From Betaproteobacteria bacterium (GTDB lineage Bacteria; Pseudomonadota; Gammaproteobacteria; Burkholderiales; JACQAP01), in NCBI GenBank assembly GCA_031414075.1, contig JANOGH010000273.1:1-28482 (forward strand): a stretch of DNA of 28,482 bases, read 5' to 3'. Each line of letters begins with the position of its first letter. Positions within the stretch are counted from its first letter, which is position 1. A program made the translations under genes and the position numbers. The notes beneath the pieces were generated by a model. It saw only the letters and a program-made list of their open reading frames with translations, was not told the DNA's origin and made no database searches. Below are positions 25,551 through 28,482 of this stretch, one piece after another.

Positions 25551-26564
25551 ATGATGCCCGAGGTCGCGCAAACCATCATCCGACACAGACCCGCCGCCAA
25601 ACCCGCGGTCTGGACCGTTACCCGAGTTGAAGCGCTACTGTCTGCGCCGTTCAGTGATCTGATCTTTCAAGCGCAGCAGATTCACCGGCAGCACTTTGCA
25701 CCCAATGAAGTGCAGCTTTCTACCCTGTTGTCCATCAAGACCGGGGGTTGTCCCGAAGATTGCAGCTATTGTCCGCAGGCCGCGCGTTATCACACCGGGG
25801 TGGAAAACGAGCCGTTGATGTCGGTCGATGCGGTCGTTCGGGCCGCGCGGGCAGCACAGCACAATGGTGCTTCGCGATTCTGCATGGGTGCAGCCTGGCG
25901 TGGACCGAAGCAACGCGATCTGGAGAAGGTGGCGAAGATGGTGCGAGAGGTCAAGGCGCTGGGCCTGGAGACCTGCGCGACGCTGGGCATGCTCAAGGAA
26001 GGGCAGGCTGAACAGCTCAAGGAGGCGGGCCTCGACTACTACAATCACAATCTCGATACCGATCCGGTGTTCTACGGTGAAATCATCACCACCCGCGATC
26101 AGGGCGACCGGCTCGATACTCTGCAGAAAGTGCGGAAGGCCGGTATCCGTGTCTGTTGTGGCGGCATCGTCGGCATGGGCGAGACGCGTGCAAATCGCGC
26201 CGCGCTCATCGCTCAGCTGGCCAACCTCGATCCTTATCCCGAAAGTGTTCCGATCAACAATCTCGTGCAAGTGCAGGGCACCCCATTGCACGGCACGCCT
26301 GAACTCGCTCCTTTCGAGTTCATACGGACAATCGCGGCGGCGCGCATCACCATGCCGCAAGCCATGGTGCGTCTGTCGGCGGGCCGCGAAAATATGTCGG
26401 GAGAAACGCAGGCGCTGTGCTTTCTGGCCGGCGCCAATTCGATCTTCTACGGCGAAAAGCTGCTGACCACGCCTAATCCCGTGGCCGATCGCGATCGTAC
26501 GCTGTTCGACAAACTTGGCATCAAGCCGATGGGAAACCACGTCGAAGGTGCGGGCACCGACTGA
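25551..26564 (+). CDS. bioB: Biotin synthase (radical SAM)
   Basis: CPEDCSYC radical-SAM motif, [45 protein letters not shown]. Start could be 25521, 25551 or 25554. Confidence 0.97.
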   Translation: MMPEVAQTIIRHRPAAKPAVWTVTRVEALLSAPFSDLIFQAQQIHRQHFAPNEVQLSTLLSIKTGGCPEDCSYCPQAARYHTGVENEPLMSVDAVVRAARAAQHNGASRFCMGAAWRGPKQRDLEKVAKMVREVKALGLETCATLGMLKEGQAEQLKEAGLDYYNHNLDTDPVFYGEIITTRDQGDRLDTLQKVRKAGIRVCCGGIVGMGETRANRAALIAQLANLDPYPESVPINNLVQVQGTPLHGTPELAPFEFIRTIAAARITMPQAMVRLSAGRENMSGETQALCFLAGANSIFYGEKLLTTPNPVADRDRTLFDKLGIKPMGNHVEGAGTD

Positions 26565-26575
26565 AGGATTGCGTC

Positions 26576-27463
26576 ATGAGCGAACCTGCGGCACTGGACA
26601 GGCGCCAGATGCGGCGATCGTTCGAACGGGCCGCATCGACTTACGATCGGGCCGCTGTTCTGCAGCGGGAAATCGGTGCGCGTGCGCTCGAGCGCCTGGA
26701 TCTGGTCAAACTCGATCCGGGAGCCATCGTTGATGCAGGTTGCGGCACCGGGTTTGCGGCTTCATCACTGAGGCAACGTTTCCCGCGGGCACTGTTGATC
26801 GAACTCGATATCGCCCCGGCAATGCTGCGTGCCGCTCGATTGCGGCGCCCACGCTGGAAAAAATGGCTTGGAGGGACCCGGGAGGTATTCGTCTGCGGCG
26901 ACAATGGGCAGTTGCCGATAAGATCCGGCTCCGTGGACCTGGTTTGGTCCAATCTTGCCTTCCAGTGGGCCGACGACCTGCCAACGGTATTCGCCGAGTG
27001 CCAGCGCATATTGCGGCCTGGCGGCTTGCTGACGTTCACGACTTGCGGACCCGACACGCTGCAAGAACTGCGCACGGCTTCTGCCGGCGACGGCAGGATC
27101 CATGTCCACCGCTTTATCGATATGCACGACGTCGGCGACATGATGGTCGGCGCCGGTTTTGCCGATCCGGTCATGGATATGGAGTATCTGACGCTCACCT
27201 ACACGGACGTGCGGACTCTGATGCGTGATCTCAAGGCGATGGGCGCGCACAACGTCGCGGCCGGCCGTAACCACGCCTTGACCGGCAAACGTGCGCTGGA
27301 GGATATTGAGCAGCGCTACGAATCCTTCAGACGGGACGCTCGGCTGCCTGCGACCTTCGAGGTCGTCTACGGACATGCATGGAAGCCCTTGCCGCGCATG
27401 AGTCCGGGCGGCCGCCCGGTGATCGACATCAAGTCGCGCTGTGGACGCCGATTTGACCCGTAA
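26576..27463 (+). CDS. bioC: Malonyl-ACP O-methyltransferase BioC-like
   Basis: 'SFERAASTYD.AAVLQREI', SAM motif DAGCGTG, 'DLVWSNL', 'HVHRFIDMHDVGD', 'ATFEVVYGHAW'. Confidence 0.9.
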   Translation: MSEPAALDRRQMRRSFERAASTYDRAAVLQREIGARALERLDLVKLDPGAIVDAGCGTGFAASSLRQRFPRALLIELDIAPAMLRAARLRRPRWKKWLGGTREVFVCGDNGQLPIRSGSVDLVWSNLAFQWADDLPTVFAECQRILRPGGLLTFTTCGPDTLQELRTASAGDGRIHVHRFIDMHDVGDMMVGAGFADPVMDMEYLTLTYTDVRTLMRDLKAMGAHNVAAGRNHALTGKRALEDIEQRYESFRRDARLPATFEVVYGHAWKPLPRMSPGGRPVIDIKSRCGRRFDP

Positions 27464-27593
27464 CCTGCCAAGCGGTAGCAGTGGCGACTTTCTTGTTACC
27501 GGGTTCGGCGCCGGTGTGGGCAGGACGCTGGTTGCGTCCGCATTGCGGACGACTTGCGACTTTTCGGCTTCCTTGCCATGGCATAGGGCTTGT

Positions 27594-27608
27594 GCGACAA
27601 TCCGCCGC
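27594..27608 (+). promoter_or_regulatory. Possible RegA/PrrA/RegR-type box upstream of the cox genes
   Basis: GCGACAATCCGCCGC matches the RegR consensus GNGRCRTTNNGNCGC with one mismatch. GC-rich motif in a GC-rich genome, so chance is possible. Confidence 0.4.
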
Positions 27609-27792
27609 GCCAAAAAGTGACGGGTTAGTTTTTTTGCAACCCTTTGCGGGGCATGCAAAAAACGGCAGTCGGCGTGGTGTTCGGCGTTCACCTTAAAATC
27701 GGTGAGCAGCGTGCCACTGTGGCGCGCCCGCTGAAAGAACACTTGAAAATCCGTCAATATCAATACAGGGCAATCGTTTGGGGGAGGGGCGA

Positions 27793-28188
27793 ATGATCAA
27801 GACGTTGCTGCAGAAAAGCGGCGCAGGTGCGTTGACGATGTTGGTCCCTGCCCTGGCCTGGGCGCAGGACAAAGGTAAATGGAATCTGCCGGAGCCGCAC
27901 ACATCGGTCGCCCGCGACATGTACGACCTCCACGCGGTGGTCTTGATCGTCTGTCTGGTCATCTTCGTCGGCGTGTTCGGGGCGATGTTCTACTCGGTGA
28001 TCAAGTACCGCAGGTCGGCAGGCCACAAAGCGGCGCACTTCCACGAAAACACCACCGTCGAGATCCTCTGGACGGTCATTCCATTCTTCATCCTGATCGG
28101 CATGGCATGGCCCGCAATTCAGAGCGTGCTGGCGATGCCAGACACCGCCTCGCCCGATATGACCGTCAAGGTCAGCGGCTATCAATGA
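27793..28188 (+). pseudogene. coxB: Truncated cytochrome c oxidase subunit II (signal peptide and two TM helices only, no CuA domain); pseudogene or stand-alone TM protein
   Basis: GGAGG RBS. 'FGAMFYSVIKYRRS.GHKAAHFHENTTVEILWTVIP..IL..MAWP' is the canonical CoxB TM region. TGA at 28186-88 replaces the Trp of 'GYQWKW', and the frame closes at TAG 28246-48. Confidence 0.8.
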
Positions 28189-28371
28189 AAATGGAAAGGC
28201 GAGTTTCTGCAAGAAGGGTTGGATATGATATTCTTGTTTCGAGTGTAGTCTGCCTGTAGTGTTTCACGTGTGCGCTCCGTTGGCTTGGCAGTCCAGGAAG
28301 CATTGATGCAATCGCAGCCTGCCTCTTAATTTCGCCGGTTAAGGTAACACTTTGAAAAGTTGGATCCGCCC

Positions 28372-28482
28372 ATGGCTATAGCAATCGTATTCATATTATT
28401 GGTCGTCGGCTCTGTCGTATTTCATTTCCTGAGCCCGTGGTATTTCACACCGATCGCCTCCAACTGGGGCGCGATGGACGAC
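28372..28482 (+). CDS. Second cytochrome c oxidase subunit II (CoxM type), N-terminus only (runs off the window edge)
   Basis: Not in the ORF track. Manual translation gives MAIAIVFILLVVGSVVFHFLSPWYFTPIASNWGAMDD, which matches the 'FH..SPW..TPIASNWG..DD' N-terminus of CoxM-type subunit II. Only 37 codons are visible. Confidence 0.75.
   Translation, partial: MAIAIVFILLVVGSVVFHFLSPWYFTPIASNWGAMDD

Noticed and set aside
28186-28188. TGA recoded as Trp or Sec in coxB
   Set aside because: TGA is an ordinary stop in many genes here (envC, gpmA, mshE, bioB). The frame hits TAG 20 codons later with no CuA domain, so recoding would not restore a protein.
28303-28315. FNR box before the second subunit II gene (TTGAT-GCA-ATCGC)
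   Set aside because: The spacer is 3 nt instead of 4 and the right half-site is poor.
1-28482. CRISPR arrays, tRNA/rRNA genes, riboswitches
   Set aside because: No regularly spaced repeats or recognisable structured-RNA signatures. Nearly all intergenic gaps are short. An Infernal/Rfam scan of 27464-27792 would be the decisive check.

Overview
GC-rich chromosomal window, most likely from a Betaproteobacterium (inferred from gene content, synteny and protein style). A housekeeping backbone runs ctpA(partial)-envC-gpmA <- -> rhodanese-grxC-secB-SH3-gpsA -> <- trmL ... <- comF, bioB-bioC-cox. Two additions sit in it. (1) A PglL-type O-oligosaccharyltransferase lies at the head of the rhodanese-grxC-secB operon. 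(2) A complete, ~17.4 kb MSHA-like type IV pilus locus lies between trmL and comF. Its order is permuted (mshE-G-F-B-A-C-D-O-P-Q, then mshI1-I2-J-K-L-M-N), it has no mshH, and it carries candidate internal promoters. Its MshQ-like adhesin appears to have one domain nested inside a homologous domain. At the right end, bioB is followed directly by bioC with no bioF/bioH/bioD. A coxB-like gene then stops at the Trp codon of the YQWKW motif and lacks the CuA domain, and a second, CoxM-type subunit II gene begins just after it. The ORF track missed the partial genes at both window edges. I saw no RNA genes, CRISPR arrays or mobile elements. Several start codons were re-picked by eye and are uncertain.
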